Of a DNA stretch of 64,000 bases, positions 62,572 to 64,000 are shown piece by piece. Location of the stretch: positions 21,576,001 to 21,640,000 of the forward strand of contig OZ336884.1 in assembly GCA_965287045.1 (NCBI GenBank). The letters run 5' to 3'. Position 1 is the stretch's first letter; the number at the start of each line of letters is the position of its first letter. Below the pieces are notes generated by a model that had not been told where the DNA came from, did no database searches, and saw only the letters and a program-made list of their open reading frames with translations. The position numbers were made by a program, and so were the translations under genes. The stretch is from Carcharhinus amblyrhynchos. Taxonomy: Eukaryota.

Positions 62572-62745
62572 CACGGAGCAGGCAGCAAGAGGCCGAAGCA
62601 GGGGTCAAGGGGAAAGTCACGCGGCAGCAACTACTTCCGGAGCACATCCTCCTCCAATCACAGCGAACGCCAGGTAGGGGTAGGAGGAGTCATTGCAGCG
62701 CCACTGCTCGGCGTGGAGGAGCAAAGGACAGAAGTAGTCCCCATT
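62300..62745 (-). promoter_or_regulatory. TOMM70 CpG island/promoter: ETS/GABP site ACTTCCGG (62633-62640), CCAAT (62654-62658), YY1-like GCCGCCAT over the start codon
   Basis: The most GC- and CpG-rich segment of the window. These motifs are typical of nuclear-encoded mitochondrial gene promoters. Confidence 0.7.
62344..62571 (-). CDS. TOMM70: TOMM70 exon 1 (MAALKPVDS...signal anchor...ENETDSL)
   Basis: ATG at 62571 in a CpG island, gtaggg donor, 228 nt. Confidence 0.92.
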
Positions 62746-63074
62746 GCTTCTTGCAACATCTCCATCACTTTATCTCAATACTTCTTATGTTCATACATTT
62801 TTATCATCCTTTTTCTTCTGGGATTTTCTCCCCGTTGGCTCACAAAGGTGCAATCATGAACCGGTTTTCAGGGATCTCCAACCTATTTTTCTCCATATCA
62901 GATTTCTGCATTTATTGATTTAGTAGAGCAGAATTCATAAATAACATTCTCAGTGTGTCATGCCTACTGTCAGTCTTTTTGGATACTTGGTCAGCATGTT
63001 AGCACTTCGTATCAAAAATCAGCAACAACTCCCTTCATTCCCGTTGAGTCCAGCTTTGCATTCAGTATGAAAGC

Positions 63075-63220
63075 GAAATACTGCGGATGCTGGAATCTGA
63101 AACAAAATCAGAAAATGTAAAATCTCAGCAGATCTGATTGCATCTGTGGAGAAAGAAAAGAGCCAATGTTTCGAGTTCTGATGACCTGCCGAGATTTTAC
63201 AGCATTTTCTGTCTCTGTTT
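63075..63220. repeat. Self-complementary Penelope-like short repeat; relatives at about 8010-8110, 18000-18100 and 56350-57280
   Basis: 63101-63131 pairs imperfectly with 63186-63220. Confidence 0.5.
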
Positions 63221-64000
63221 GAACTTAATATATTGGTTATGTTGAGCAATCCCTTTCACTACTCTCCAAGTGCTAATGTCTCTGCTGTCTTTTTACTGTA
63301 ATTGAACCAGTGAAGAAAACAGTTTATTAGCATTATTACCTTAGTTTCCCTCCCTCCACACATGCTGGCAACTCTGAGACTTGTTTTTGTTTCAGTTTCC
63401 AGCATCCATTGTGTTTTGCTTTTCCATTTATCGACCATCTAAAAACAAAGGAACGGGGCCCCAAGTCCATTCATCAGATCAAAATTAGTTTGCCCAAGCA
63501 GATAGAAGGGAATAGAAACTTCATGAAAGAGGTAGGTTTTAAGAGGGTCTTGAAAGAGGAGAGAGGTGGTAAGGCAGCCACATTTATGGAAATTAAAAGC
63601 TCAACGGAGCCAGTGAAAGCACTAGACAAAATAGGCGGCTGTCCAGAGTGACCAAATTTAGCAGGGAGGGGGCTGCAAAAAACTGAATGAATTCTTCATG
63701 AAATTAAATATGTACACAAACAGGGAATGAAATGCCTAGATCTAGGTCTATTGGTATGTTTAAATTTAAGTTTATTTATTAGTGTCATTAGCAGGCTTAC
63801 ATTAACACTACAATTAAGTTACTGTGAAAATCTCCATATTCTAACACACATATAGATTTTTATGTATTTACATTAAAAAATTTAGATTATATTCCACATT
63901 CTGTTTATGCTATGTTTTTACAAAGTTGTCCTAAATCTGATTATTTCAAAAATGCAAATCAGCAAACATATCAAAAAATGTAATTTAACTTAGTCCATTC

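Noticed and set aside
62311-62574. Stop codon after TOMM70 residue ~86, suggesting truncation
   Set aside because: The ORF simply runs into intron 1. The GTAGGG donor at 62343 joins exon 2 in frame.
1-64000. CRISPR array or prokaryotic/phage system
   Set aside because: This is spliced vertebrate DNA. The recurring sequences are dispersed SINE and LINE copies, not regularly spaced repeats.

Overview
Vertebrate genomic DNA, most likely from a shark or other elasmobranch (inferred from dense HE1/V-SINE-like tRNA SINEs, CR1 LINEs and Penelope-like palindromic repeats). It holds two complete multi-exon housekeeping genes in convergent orientation, as in human. NIT2 (omega-amidase) is on the + strand with 10 coding exons, 6446-27299, 280 aa, and one GC-AG intron. 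TOMM70 is on the - strand with 12 coding exons, 62571-36561, 578 aa. Between their 3' ends lies a solitary, intact, intronless and strongly diverged histone H2A gene (31271-31681). It has an atypical, partly acidic N-tail, an H2A.X-like C-terminus ([10 protein letters not shown]), its own promoter, no histone stem-loop, and an AATAAA/U-rich (CPE-like) 3'UTR. This candidate germline or maternal H2A variant is the most interesting object in the window. The rest is degenerate transposable-element sequence. All calls were made by eye without database searches. Exon boundaries were checked by GT/AG context and frame continuity. Repeat boundaries and family names are approximate.
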